A DNA stretch of 64,000 nucleotides, from sequence record NC_041917.1. One strand, 5' to 3'. The position numbers and the translations under genes were made by a program. The first letter of the stretch is position 1, and the number at the start of each line of letters is the position of its first letter. The notes beneath the pieces were generated by a model, which had not been told where the DNA came from, searched no databases, and saw nothing but the letters and a program-made list of their open reading frames with translations. Positions 8,736 through 18,417 of the stretch are shown piece after piece.

Positions 8736-9035
8736 ATGAAATTTACAGTACAAGTCGAAGGGGTTGATCTAGTATCAGTCGTCGCAGCATTACAAGAAGC
8801 CGCTAGACTTATCGAAGATGGGAATACTTCTGGATTTGATCGCAATGAAGATGGGAATTTTTATTTTGTAGAAGGCGATCAGCACTTGTTTAGTACTGGT
8901 GAATCATGTACAATGCATACAGCCGTTTGTGAAATGGTGGAGCGTTTACATCAAGGCAATCATTATGATAATGATGAAGAACGCCAAGCTGATATTGATG
9001 TGATGAATAAATTACAAAAAGTAACAGGACGCTAA
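8736..9035 (+). CDS. hypothetical protein
   Basis: GAGAGG SD; start moved to ATG 8736. Confidence 0.75.
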   Translation: MKFTVQVEGVDLVSVVAALQEAARLIEDGNTSGFDRNEDGNFYFVEGDQHLFSTGESCTMHTAVCEMVERLHQGNHYDNDEERQADIDVMNKLQKVTGR

Positions 9036-9040
9036 ACAAC

Positions 9041-9070
9041 AAGTACTGGTGAAATATCCAGTACTGTTTT
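9041..9070 (+). terminator. intrinsic terminator
   Basis: AGTACTGG-TGAAATAT-CCAGTACT followed by T run. Confidence 0.7.
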
Positions 9071-9104
9071 TATATACAGCTTATTCTTTAATAGATACAT
9101 TTTC

Positions 9105-9131
9105 GCACCCTGTGGGTCAAAGACATTTCGC
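9105..9131 (-). repeat. promoter-locked element E7
   Basis: Minus strand GCGAAAT-GTCTTTG-ACCCACAGGGTGC; TTGACA(9173-9168)-17-TATTAT(9150-9145). Confidence 0.9.
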
Positions 9132-9261
9132 TGTCTATGAAGTAATAATACAGTACTTTGGTAATGGTGTCAAGGATTAAATTAAAATTAAAACGAAAAA
9201 AAGCACTTGTAATTATCATGAAGTACTGTATAATCTTTTATATCGAAACGGGAGAATTGAA

Positions 9262-9564
9262 ATGAGATTTATCAAATACAGTTTGATAGGGTATTTTGGT
9301 ATGGCATTACTTTGTACTGTACTTGTTATATGCATTACCGTATTAGATTATTTCGATGGTGATTTTTACGTTAAGTATATCTATGGTGGTTCACATTTCC
9401 GTTATGTAATTGAATTTGCATTACCTGCGATATTTAAAAGTAGCTTTTGGGGCGTACCGTGTGCTATACTGATAGCATGGAAAGTTGATCGTATCAAGGC
9501 GAATGATATGAATAACCATAGTATTAAAGAGCATTTTGGTATTGACTACCCTAAGAAGGATTGA
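9262..9564 (+). CDS. putative membrane protein
   Basis: Two hydrophobic segments; own promoter. Confidence 0.7.
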   Translation: MRFIKYSLIGYFGMALLCTVLVICITVLDYFDGDFYVKYIYGGSHFRYVIEFALPAIFKSSFWGVPCAILIAWKVDRIKANDMNNHSIKEHFGIDYPKKD

Positions 9565-9568
9565 TATA

Positions 9569-9814
9569 ATGAGTACCACATTGAAAGCACTGGTGTCATT
9601 ATTATTCTCAGTACTGTTAACATTCTTATTGTTAACGGAGGCAAGAGATGGTATTGTATGGCGGTTAACAATGTTAGCATATGAAATTGAAGATACTTGG
9701 TATTCTTTCTTGACATATGGTAGCAATGGAGTGTATGCTATATTTCTAGCTGGTATACTTTACATTTTATTTTGTTTAATGTTTGCTATGATGGGAGATA
9801 GTCATGAGAGTTGA
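9569..9814 (+). CDS. putative membrane protein
   Basis: Two hydrophobic segments; AAGGA SD. Confidence 0.65.
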   Translation: MSTTLKALVSLLFSVLLTFLLLTEARDGIVWRLTMLAYEIEDTWYSFLTYGSNGVYAIFLAGILYILFCLMFAMMGDSHES

Positions 9815-9968
9815 GCCAATCAGTAGAATTATTAAGTTAGCAAGTAGTACTGTCAAGAATGAATATCCAAAAAATATTGTTGACAGTACTAGCAGTACGG
9901 TGGTACATTTAGGTCAAGCAACAACGGGTTGCTATGATAAACGTGGTTTAATAAAATGAGGATTGAAA

Positions 9969-10826
9969 ATGGGTAAGCATATTTTTTGGGGTTGTTTAGG
10001 TCTGATTGGTTTACTCGCCATTGGTGCGTTGTTGGGTTCGTTCTATACGGTAGACCAACAGGATCGCGGTGTAGTACTGACTAACGGTAAAATTACAGAA
10101 ATTGCCGAGCCTGGTCTGAACTGGAAAAAGCCATTCGTTACATCGGTGATTGAAATTCCGGTAACTGGTCAGAACAAAAGTTATCCGAACCTTAAAGCGT
10201 ACAGCCGCGATCAGCAGCCAGCAGATATGTCGGTTTCCGTATCGTTCGCCGTTCCAGCGGGTAAAGTGGGGGATCTGTATAGTACTTTCGGGACTATCGA
10301 AAACCTTACAGCACGTGTAATTGACCGTCAAGTACCGCAAGCAGTTGAAAACGTATTTGGTCAGTTTAACGCGATTACCGCCGTACAGGATCGTAATAAG
10401 TTAGTTACTAACTTAAACATTGCAATTAAAAAGGCGATGGAAAACTATCCGGTAATTATTGAATCGGTACAGGTTGAAAACTTATCATTCAGCCCTGCAT
10501 ATGAAAAATCAATTGAAGAACGTATGCAAGCCGAGATCGCAGTAACTAAACGTGAGCAGGACTTTGCACAGGCTAAGATCTCAGCGTCAATCACGGTTGC
10601 CAACGCACAGGCCGAAGCTGATAGCCAGCTTGCTAAGGCAACAGCAGCAGCGAAAGCGACACGCCTACAGGGTGAAGCTGATGCAGCAGCAATTAAGGCG
10701 AAGTCTGACGCACTTAGCAATAATCCGCAACTCGTACAGTTGGCAGCAGTTGACAAGTGGGATGGCGTACTACCTACACAAATGGTTCCAGGTTCTACCG
10801 TTCCATTCGTGAATCTCAACAAGTAA
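9969..10826 (+). CDS. SPFH/band-7 (prohibitin-like) protein
   Basis: N-terminal TM, YTVDQQDRGVV..G..EPGLNWK.PF, coiled-coil, KWDG.LP tail. Confidence 0.9.
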   Translation: MGKHIFWGCLGLIGLLAIGALLGSFYTVDQQDRGVVLTNGKITEIAEPGLNWKKPFVTSVIEIPVTGQNKSYPNLKAYSRDQQPADMSVSVSFAVPAGKVGDLYSTFGTIENLTARVIDRQVPQAVENVFGQFNAITAVQDRNKLVTNLNIAIKKAMENYPVIIESVQVENLSFSPAYEKSIEERMQAEIAVTKREQDFAQAKISASITVANAQAEADSQLAKATAAAKATRLQGEADAAAIKAKSDALSNNPQLVQLAAVDKWDGVLPTQMVPGSTVPFVNLNK

Positions 10827-10958
10827 TTGTATCACAAAAAGCCTCGCAAAGTCGAGGCTTTTTTATTATGAACACAATTAAAATTCAAATGTAAAAGTAC
10901 TTGTATTATATGGCTGATGCTGTTATAGTACTTATATCGAAGCACAGGAGATAATCAA

Positions 10959-11138
10959 ATGGAAGAACTATTGAAGTACTGGAAACGGTTTAGTAATGTA
11001 CCAGTTAATAACAATGACGAGATAGAAGAAAGTTTCTTGCATTTTGATATTGGTACTGATAGAATAGATGTGTGGCAATGGTTCGAAGCACAACATTCTG
11101 ATTTTAATGTATCAAAACTTTTAAGTGGAGAAGTATAA
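10959..11138 (+). CDS. small conserved phage protein (59 aa)
   Basis: CAGGAG SD, own promoter; NDEIEESFLHF..GT.R.DVWQWFE. Confidence 0.7.
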   Translation: MEELLKYWKRFSNVPVNNNDEIEESFLHFDIGTDRIDVWQWFEAQHSDFNVSKLLSGEV

Positions 11139-11563
11139 TGAAAGTACTTTATATTAGTCAAGCCCCACAAGAAGTACAAAAAGCTTTTGGGCATGTACGG
11201 GCGTTGTTTCCTGATGTAAGTCAAGTACTTTATGATCAGGATTGTCGCTGGTGCTATGAAGGGGAAAACAATTACTTCCCTGATTTCGACACAAAAGAAG
11301 TTGATACAAATATACTTGAATCCGGTGCTGATTCACAGTATAATATTGAAGTACCAGTACTTTACAAGATGTTTAAAGAAGTGCTGGTGGCTAAGTGTGA
11401 AGTACCAGATAAGCCAACGGTAACACTTACACAGATCGACCATGATTTGTGGGAAGTAAATGTAGGCGTGGCTGCACATACATGGGAAACTTTAGAATCT
11501 GGTTTAGCAGAATTTAAAGATTCGATTAATGAATATCAATTAAAAATTCCACGTTCTATGTAA
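11138..11563 (+). CDS. hypothetical protein
   Basis: TAATG coupling to upstream gene. Confidence 0.75.
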   Translation: MKVLYISQAPQEVQKAFGHVRALFPDVSQVLYDQDCRWCYEGENNYFPDFDTKEVDTNILESGADSQYNIEVPVLYKMFKEVLVAKCEVPDKPTVTLTQIDHDLWEVNVGVAAHTWETLESGLAEFKDSINEYQLKIPRSM

Positions 11564-11639
11564 TTATTACCAAAAGTACTTGACAGAAGTTATCGAGTAC
11601 TTTATAATAATCACATCAACCACACAAGAGGCACTAAAA

Positions 11640-11960
11640 ATGGAAAAGACAGTATATTGCGGCACAAGAACATTGGCACGTGAAGCAGCAAAAGAACTCA
11701 ACGGCAAATTTAAAGATATGGGCAAAGATGCTCCATATGGTGAACGTTGGGTAGTACTGATTGAAGTTCCAGACGTTCAAGAAGAAGTACATACTCAATT
11801 CGTTGATACTCTGCCAGAAGATGCAGTACGTGTACTGAATCAACCAACAGGCTTTAAAGGTGAACAGACGTTGAAGACTTCCAATAACAAGCCTGTACGG
11901 GTGTTGTGGCGTCGTTCTAAAGTTACTATGCGACTAGCCGCACATCTGGCGAAAGCTTAA
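11640..11960 (+). CDS. hypothetical protein
   Basis: GAGG SD; start moved to ATG 11640. Confidence 0.75.
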   Translation: MEKTVYCGTRTLAREAAKELNGKFKDMGKDAPYGERWVVLIEVPDVQEEVHTQFVDTLPEDAVRVLNQPTGFKGEQTLKTSNNKPVRVLWRRSKVTMRLAAHLAKA

Positions 11961-12012
11961 CAGTAACCGATTGGGGGCGTTATATGCCCCCTTAATTAAG
12001 TGAGTACACTAC

Positions 12013-12255
12013 ATGAAAAAGGTTCAAGTAGATAGTACACAATTACGAATACATTTCAAGGCACAAACAAAAGTACTTGACAAAGCTATTCGTGTTGTGA
12101 AAGAATACAACACTGGTAAAGTAAGGCCAAGACGATTAGGGTGTGGATTGTTTTCAGTACTGGATGTTTCCCGTAACGAGCGAATCGTTATTAAAGATAA
12201 CACACTGAATCTAATGACGCATGAACAATATAATAAATTCGTTGAACGCCGTTGA
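12013..12255 (+). CDS. small basic protein, possible ParE/RelE-like fold
   Basis: 80 aa, basic; SVLDV..NERIV..LMTHEQYN resembles ParE-like family tail. Confidence 0.4.
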   Translation: MKKVQVDSTQLRIHFKAQTKVLDKAIRVVKEYNTGKVRPRRLGCGLFSVLDVSRNERIVIKDNTLNLMTHEQYNKFVERR

Positions 12256-12307
12256 CATAATCCCCTAAATACGTATATAATAACTTATACGATTAGGGGA
12301 TTTTATT

Positions 12308-12775
12308 ATGCCTGGAAAATTCAGATCCAAGAGTGGTGCTACACTAGCAGGACACTCTGATAAATGGAGCGATGAGAATCGTTCAGCAAGTAGCCATGAA
12401 GCGGGGCAAGGCAGTAAAGGCAGTCGCAATCAAGGTACTGGCATTCAAGGAAAAGTTAACGCAATGCCATCACAGGGAATAGATACTTCCCGCATGGATA
12501 AATCAGAAAAGCTAAAGTACTTTAATTCATTAGGGTTACTACAGCCAGAACAAAAGCAAGAACTTTCTATAAAAACATGGCCTGATACTTTACGTAAAGT
12601 ATTCAAAGACGAGCCAGTATATATCAAAGACATTACCGCCGCTTTAAAATCAGTACCGCAAGCAAACTACCCGCAAGCAGTACAAGCAGGATTCAACGCC
12701 ACACAAGAGACAATGAATCAAACCGATGATGTTTATGACATATACGCCGCTATCATGCAAGCCATTCAGGGTTAA
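12308..12775 (+). CDS. hypothetical protein with Gly/Ser-rich N-terminus
   Basis: Own promoter and SD. Confidence 0.75.
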   Translation: MPGKFRSKSGATLAGHSDKWSDENRSASSHEAGQGSKGSRNQGTGIQGKVNAMPSQGIDTSRMDKSEKLKYFNSLGLLQPEQKQELSIKTWPDTLRKVFKDEPVYIKDITAALKSVPQANYPQAVQAGFNATQETMNQTDDVYDIYAAIMQAIQG

Positions 12776-12841
12776 AAAAAGGGTTGACTTAGGTCAGCCC
12801 TTTTGCTATTGTATCAGTACTTAAACAAAAGGAACAAAATC

Positions 12842-13192
12842 ATGAGAAAACTTCTTTTAGCTACATTACTCTTTGCTGGTGCTGTAAACGCACAAACTTA
12901 TGTTTGCAACACTTACACAGTATATCAGGGTGTTGGGAATGGTCAGTACAATAAAATTGATAACAGTACGCCATCATTCAGTACTATCATCGAAACATCA
13001 CGCGATGTAATTAAAGTGTATGTTAAAGGTGAAGAAAGTACTTATACCGAATTCTGGAAAGATTACAATGATTATCGTAATGATACCGGATTGATTAAAC
13101 AGTCTGGTAATGAATTCGAAATCAAAACAGCGATTGAAGATCCTACAGGAACCGCATACATTCCAGTAAAAATAGAATACCATTGCAAATAA
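12842..13192 (+). CDS. exported protein with signal peptide
   Basis: MRKLLLATLLFAGAVNA; AAGGA SD. Confidence 0.75.
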   Translation: MRKLLLATLLFAGAVNAQTYVCNTYTVYQGVGNGQYNKIDNSTPSFSTIIETSRDVIKVYVKGEESTYTEFWKDYNDYRNDTGLIKQSGNEFEIKTAIEDPTGTAYIPVKIEYHCK

Positions 13193-13247
13193 TTAAAATA
13201 AAGACTTGACTCGTTCAGGTCTTTTTTTGTATACTATATTCAATCCA

Positions 13248-13274
13248 GCGAAATGGACTAACCCTATAGGGTAC
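13248..13274 (+). repeat. promoter-locked element E8
   Basis: GCGAAAT-GGACTA-ACCCTATAGGGTAC; TTGACT 13206/TATACT 13230. Confidence 0.9.
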
Positions 13275-13448
13275 ATAAATGTATCTATTAGATATAGTAC
13301 TGGATGTTTGTACAGTACTAAAAGAATTTAAAAATAAGATGAAAAAGTCCTTGCATTAAAATACAGATTTGCTATTATAACTACATCGAGAGGCGGCAAT
13401 CTCTTGGTAAACAAACTTTAAAACATTTTAATTGAGAGAGAAATAAAC

Positions 13449-13781
13449 ATGGCTAACTTCAACGCACAGAACAAAGTAGACCGTACTCCTGCTCACACTT
13501 TAGAAGTAGGTACAATCGTAGTACACAACTACACTACATTCTGTCATGGTACTATTACTGGCTATGCTCCAGATGGTGCTTACCATGTTTATTTCCCTAC
13601 TGATATGGCACCTAACATGCCTAAGTATCAAGCTAACACAGTAGAAGCCACGCAAAACCGTACCCGTACATTGACGGCTGGATCTGGTTTCTTTGTAAGC
13701 AAACACAAGTCATTCGCGTCTATTCGTGAACTGCAACGCAAGTACCGCCAGAAAGGTGCTGCACTGGAAATGTTAGCATAA
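13449..13781 (+). CDS. hypothetical protein, paralogue of 7029-7337
   Basis: Shared motifs and identical 34-nt leader. Confidence 0.85.
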   Translation: MANFNAQNKVDRTPAHTLEVGTIVVHNYTTFCHGTITGYAPDGAYHVYFPTDMAPNMPKYQANTVEATQNRTRTLTAGSGFFVSKHKSFASIRELQRKYRQKGAALEMLA

Positions 13782-13853
13782 CAAATTAAAAAGGGGTTGA
13801 CAATGTTCAGCCCCTTTGTTATAGTATCAGTACTTAAACGAGAGGATAACAAT

Positions 13854-14075
13854 ATGTTTACTGCATTAGAATCTTTGGTTAGAGAAGAAGTTTCGGAAGA
13901 AGAAGTAAAAGCAGGTTTAAAACTGCGTGATCTTTGCATCCAGAATGATCTGGATATTCCCGAAGTACTAATGACGTTGCATTACTTCAATGGTATTGAA
14001 CCAAAATTAATCATTGACAAAGTATCAGCGTTAAACACGCCGTTAATTGAAAATGCAATGCATGTACTGCATTAA
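13854..14075 (+). CDS. hypothetical protein
   Basis: GAGAGG SD; start moved to ATG 13854. Confidence 0.75.
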   Translation: MFTALESLVREEVSEEEVKAGLKLRDLCIQNDLDIPEVLMTLHYFNGIEPKLIIDKVSALNTPLIENAMHVLH

Positions 14076-14197
14076 TGAAAACTATTATTAATGCAATCAT
14101 TCTATCATTTATAATGATACTAGTACAACGTCAAACATCCTTCCCACTGCTTTGTATTATAGCAGTACTGACAGGATTGTTAATTTATAAATGGTAA
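14075..14197 (+). CDS. 40-aa membrane peptide
   Basis: TAATG coupling; hydrophobic. Confidence 0.5.
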   Translation: MKTIINAIILSFIMILVQRQTSFPLLCIIAVLTGLLIYKW

Positions 14198-14248
14198 AAA
14201 TAAAGGCTTGACACGTTCAAGCCTTTTTGTTATAGTACTATCACTCCA

Positions 14249-14275
14249 GCGAAATGGACTAACCCTATAGGGTGT
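14249..14275 (+). repeat. promoter-locked element E9
   Basis: GCGAAAT-GGACTA-ACCCTATAGGGTGT; TTGACA 14208-17-TATAGT 14231. Confidence 0.9.
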
Positions 14276-14404
14276 AGTACTGTATCTATAATAAAATAAT
14301 TAAAATTTAAATGAAAAAAGTACTTGCATTAAGTTTTAAGTACTGTATAATGTTTTACATAGGGTAAGCAATACCGCTTACCCATATTAAGTGAGAGAAT
14401 CAAA

Positions 14405-14986
14405 ATGAAATTTACTGAACTGAATGCTGAACAACAAGCTAGAGCAATTGAAGTACATCGTGATATTAATTTGGATGATAATAGTATCTGGTGCGACTTC
14501 ATTCAAGAGCGTTTTCATTCAGAACTAAATGAGTTTGGTTTTGAAGAAGTCGAATCACGTTATAGTGGTTTTTGTTCACAAGGTGACGGGGCAAGCTTTA
14601 CCGCTGATAACGTTGATATTGAAAAGTTCTTGCGTAAAACGAAACGCTGGACACACTATCGTTCATTACATGAATTCATTCGCATTAATGATATTACATG
14701 TATAGTTGTACGTGATAACGGTTCGCGTTATGTTCACTACAACACAACCGAAGCCACGTTAAGCGGTAACTGGTATATAGATCTTAGCCCAAAACAAGAA
14801 TCATTGTATACTGAATTAGAAAAAGAGATCGATGATTTTATAACGGAGAAAGGTCAAGAATATTATTCAGAACTTGACAAGCATTATTATCATCTATTGG
14901 AAGATGAACAAGTCAAGGAAACAATAATAGCTAATGAAATGGAATTTGAAGAAGATCCACGCGAAAGCTGCGTAACTTATATCTAA
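14405..14986 (+). CDS. conserved phage/MGE protein with YSGFCSQGDGASF motif
   Basis: Motif recalled from a family often auto-annotated as a TA antitoxin. Confidence 0.6.
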   Translation: MKFTELNAEQQARAIEVHRDINLDDNSIWCDFIQERFHSELNEFGFEEVESRYSGFCSQGDGASFTADNVDIEKFLRKTKRWTHYRSLHEFIRINDITCIVVRDNGSRYVHYNTTEATLSGNWYIDLSPKQESLYTELEKEIDDFITEKGQEYYSELDKHYYHLLEDEQVKETIIANEMEFEEDPRESCVTYI

Positions 14987-15051
14987 ATTCAAAATAGGGA
15001 TTGACAAGTTCAATCCCTTTTGATACTCTATCAGTACTGAAACGGAGTTAT

Positions 15052-15174
15052 ATGAAAAAGAAATATATAGTTCTGTACAGTACTTTAAACGAAGCTTACA
15101 TTCAAGGCCAAAAAATGGAACGCATTGTTCAAGTACTGATTGTTATTTTATTCATTTTGTACTGGATACTGTAA
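15052..15174 (+). CDS. 40-aa peptide with C-terminal TM
   Basis: Own promoter, GGAG SD. Confidence 0.5.
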   Translation: MKKKYIVLYSTLNEAYIQGQKMERIVQVLIVILFILYWIL

Positions 15175-15324
15175 TGAGAATAATCAAGTACTACAATGGT
15201 GTAAGTATTAAAATGATTGATACCGATCATTTTGTAGTACAGAAAGGCCGTATAAAAATTACTTGCAAACGTGCCGTAATTGCATTATACTATTTCTATC
15301 AACTAATCATTAAGTGAGAAGAAA

Positions 15325-15660
15325 ATGAGAAAACCAAACGTAGAATTACTTTGCGATTCACATCATGGCGTTTACATTCCGCAAATTATGATCCATCGTC
15401 TTAAAGACAATGGTTGGCGTAATATTCCACTTAATGCCGTGGAAGTACTTTCGCATCCAGATAATGAAGATTATTGGGATACATGGAATCAAGTACTTGA
15501 CAATGCTGAATGGCATGATGAATACACTACACAAGTCTTTAAGCTACATCATGATGGTGACTTGTGGGCGTATTGTGAAGCGTCAATGTCGCCTACAGAG
15601 TATCATAACATGTTCGGTGAATATCCTGAATGGTTCAATGAAGAACTCGAAGAAGCTTAA
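15325..15660 (+). CDS. conserved phage hypothetical protein
   Basis: DSHHGVYIPQ..YWDTW..VLDNA..DGDLW. Confidence 0.8.
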   Translation: MRKPNVELLCDSHHGVYIPQIMIHRLKDNGWRNIPLNAVEVLSHPDNEDYWDTWNQVLDNAEWHDEYTTQVFKLHHDGDLWAYCEASMSPTEYHNMFGEYPEWFNEELEEA

Positions 15661-15719
15661 AAGAATTACAAAAAGTACTTGACTACGGTCAGGTACTTTG
15701 TTATAGTTATATTACTCCA

Positions 15720-15746
15720 GCGAAATGGACTAACCCTATAGGGTGC
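15720..15746 (+). repeat. promoter-locked element E10
   Basis: Identical to E5; TTGACT 15679-17-TATAGT 15702. Confidence 0.95.
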
Positions 15747-15873
15747 AGTACTGTACCTATAATAAAAATAATTAAAATTCAAATGAAAAAGTCCTTGCAT
15801 TAGAATATCAGTACTGTATAATCTTTTACATAGACAGGAGATAGTCTCTTGTCAAAGCAAAGGAATTACAATC

Positions 15874-16221
15874 ATGATTAGCATCCAATCTACTCTTAAT
15901 GACCTGATCGCACATCGTGAACGCCTGTTGAATGAATCCATCAAACATGCGTCAACTATTGGTTATGTGTATATTAGACCATTTAACTTAGGCTTGCTGG
16001 TGGAACAATTACCCGAAGGTGTACAAGTCGGGCCAGCGATGGGCGATGAACTCCCTACTATCTTCTCTGAACGTATGGCTAATGCCAATCTTTCTCTTGT
16101 AAAGAGTATTGCAAAAGAGCCAGAAGTCAAATTTGTTTCTATCCAAAAATATATTTCAGATTCACTTGAAAGTACTGAAAACACTATCAAGATGATTCAA
16201 TCATTACAACCAGAAATTTAA
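15874..16221 (+). CDS. hypothetical protein
   Basis: Own promoter, hairpin leader, AAGGA SD. Confidence 0.8.
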   Translation: MISIQSTLNDLIAHRERLLNESIKHASTIGYVYIRPFNLGLLVEQLPEGVQVGPAMGDELPTIFSERMANANLSLVKSIAKEPEVKFVSIQKYISDSLESTENTIKMIQSLQPEI

Positions 16222-16276
16222 TTAAAAATAGGGGTTGACGAGAGTCAGCCCTTTTTGCTATAATAATTCCAATGAA

Positions 16277-16303
16277 GCGAAATTCACTAACCCTATAGGG
16301 TGC
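16277..16303 (+). repeat. promoter-locked element E11
   Basis: GCGAAAT-TCACTA-ACCCTATAGGGTGC; TTGACG 16235/TATAAT 16259. Confidence 0.9.
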
Positions 16304-16438
16304 GGAAGTGTATCTATATCTTTTAGTACTGTATATCTGTACAGCAAAAATAAATTAAAAATAAGATGAAAAACAGCTTGCAATGTAATGCTGGTGGATG
16401 TATTATATCTATATCGAAACAGCAACGGGGTACAAGAA

Positions 16439-16678
16439 ATGGCTAATAAAGAATTTGAATTTAAAGTTAGAAAATGGTCAGATACTAATGCTAGACCGTT
16501 TGATGTAGTACTGTTGGACTATCTCAAAAACAATCAGCATTATCAACCTAACGTTGAATTCAGTACTGAAGCCTTAGCCAATCAACATTTGGTTTCGTTG
16601 CAAAATTCAGTACTTAACAATCCTGATAGTGTTAACTTTATTCGTGATCATTGGCCTGTTGATGGTGGCATCGAATAA
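16439..16678 (+). CDS. hypothetical protein
   Basis: Start moved to ATG 16439. Confidence 0.7.
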   Translation: MANKEFEFKVRKWSDTNARPFDVVLLDYLKNNQHYQPNVEFSTEALANQHLVSLQNSVLNNPDSVNFIRDHWPVDGGIE

Positions 16679-16761
16679 AAATTTAAACGTAAAAAGTACT
16701 TGACTACATCAGTTGAGTACTTTAAAATAGAATCTTAATCAACGCAATAGGAAACGAAATC

Positions 16762-17655
16762 ATGAAAATGTACAAAGGTATCGCAGGTAAAGCAATCAAA
16801 GAAAACCGTCCACTGCTAAGATCAGAACTGGAACTGGTTGTTCCTTCTATCTTTTCAAGTACTGGACACGAATCACGTTCAGCACGGTTCGCACCTGTTG
16901 CAACAATTGACGTTGTTGACCGCTTAGCAAAGGAAGGTTATCAACCATTCTTTGCGATTCAGTCAAATGTACGTGACGAATCTAAACGTGAATTTACTAA
17001 ACATATGCTGCGTTTCCGTCAGCATGATGGCAAAACATCCGGCGAATCTAATGAGATCATTCTCGTTAACGCCAACGATGGCACAAGTGCCTATCAATTG
17101 ATGGCTGGTCAATTCCGTTTCGTTTGTGCTAATGGTCTAGTTATGGGCAATATGAAGCATAACACAAAGATCTATCACAAAGGTAACAACATCATGGATG
17201 ACGTTATCGAGGGCGTTTACACTGTAGTAAAAGACTTTGATAACATCGAACGTTACAAACATGAAATGCAACGTATCCAGCTTAATGATGTTGAGCGTAA
17301 GACATTCGCCACCGCTGGCTACCTCATGAAAGAAGGTTTGCCAGAAAGTGGTTCACTGGATGACGCTGTTTATAACCCATTACAGTTGTTATCACGCAAT
17401 GGCCTGAACAGCCTTGACCAGTACGATAACAGCTTATACAGTACTTTTAACACTGTACAGCAGCACTTAATTAACGGCGGTCAACGCTCATTCATGGAAG
17501 ATCGTAACGGTCGCACCCGCCGCCGTTCAAGCCGTGGAGTTACTAATATCAATAAGAACATTGACATTAATAGTAACTTATGGCAACTCGCTACTGCACT
17601 GGTAGAAAAGAATACTAAGGTTGTGCATGATATTGTTGACGCACAATTATCATAA
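16762..17655 (+). CDS. DUF932/DUF945-family protein
   Basis: KHMLRFR..EIILVNANDGTSAYQLMAGQFRFVCANGLV. Confidence 0.85.
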   Translation: MKMYKGIAGKAIKENRPLLRSELELVVPSIFSSTGHESRSARFAPVATIDVVDRLAKEGYQPFFAIQSNVRDESKREFTKHMLRFRQHDGKTSGESNEIILVNANDGTSAYQLMAGQFRFVCANGLVMGNMKHNTKIYHKGNNIMDDVIEGVYTVVKDFDNIERYKHEMQRIQLNDVERKTFATAGYLMKEGLPESGSLDDAVYNPLQLLSRNGLNSLDQYDNSLYSTFNTVQQHLINGGQRSFMEDRNGRTRRRSSRGVTNINKNIDINSNLWQLATALVEKNTKVVHDIVDAQLS

Positions 17656-17743
17656 TAATTAAGTACTAAAATCATGTAAGGGGTTGACACTTGTCAGCCC
17701 CTTTTGCTATACTTCTTTTACACCAACCGGAAAGGAAAAACAA

Positions 17744-18091
17744 ATGTTAGATGTATATGTAAGATCAGATTTAGTTTCAAATGGTCGCAATGAGTTCGGT
17801 ACTGAACAAGAAAAAACAGAGTACTATATCATTGCTGAATCATCAAGCGGTCAACGTATTAGATTAGATAGTGTATCAATTGTTAATAGAGAATACACTG
17901 ATTCACAATGTACTGAGTACTTAGAACGTATCGTTACTAAAATTAATAATCATTTAGCTGGTGGCGGAAAATTAAATCTAGATTACTGGTACGAAATTGA
18001 TCCTTGCTATGGTTCACAACGTTACATTGATTTAGATAGTACTGGTTACTTCTATAAGCGTGAGAAACGCGAAGATTCTTATAAAAATTAA
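17744..18091 (+). CDS. hypothetical protein
   Basis: AAGGA SD; promoter/leader duplicated at 18097. Confidence 0.75.
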   Translation: MLDVYVRSDLVSNGRNEFGTEQEKTEYYIIAESSSGQRIRLDSVSIVNREYTDSQCTEYLERIVTKINNHLAGGGKLNLDYWYEIDPCYGSQRYIDLDSTGYFYKREKREDSYKN

Positions 18092-18158
18092 TACTAAGGG
18101 GTTGACAATAGTCAGCCCCTTTTGATATACTTCTTTTACACCAACAAAGGAAAGTATT

Positions 18159-18356
18159 ATGACTAGACAAGAAATAATTAAAGCGGCTAACAAAGTACTG
18201 TCATACAACCATCTCGAAATGATGGAAGCTATGGAAAGAGTACTAGGCACGTTTGGCGAAGATAATAAAGATGAATTCGCCGCTGTCTATGATGAAGTAC
18301 AGGATATTTTATATCCTCATGGTACTGGTGAAGATGCAGTATACTGCGAAAATTAA
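18159..18356 (+). CDS. hypothetical protein
   Basis: Own promoter, AAGGA SD. Confidence 0.75.
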   Translation: MTRQEIIKAANKVLSYNHLEMMEAMERVLGTFGEDNKDEFAAVYDEVQDILYPHGTGEDAVYCEN

Positions 18357-18417
18357 TATTTGACAACCGCTGTCAGTACTGATATACTGACAGCATATTA
18401 AACGAGAGGATACAATC

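Noticed and set aside
1756-10822. Long minus-strand ORFs (1756-2454, 10011-10340, 10445-10822) and alternative-frame 10552-10812
   Set aside because: Antisense or frame shadows of well-supported + genes, produced by their codon bias.
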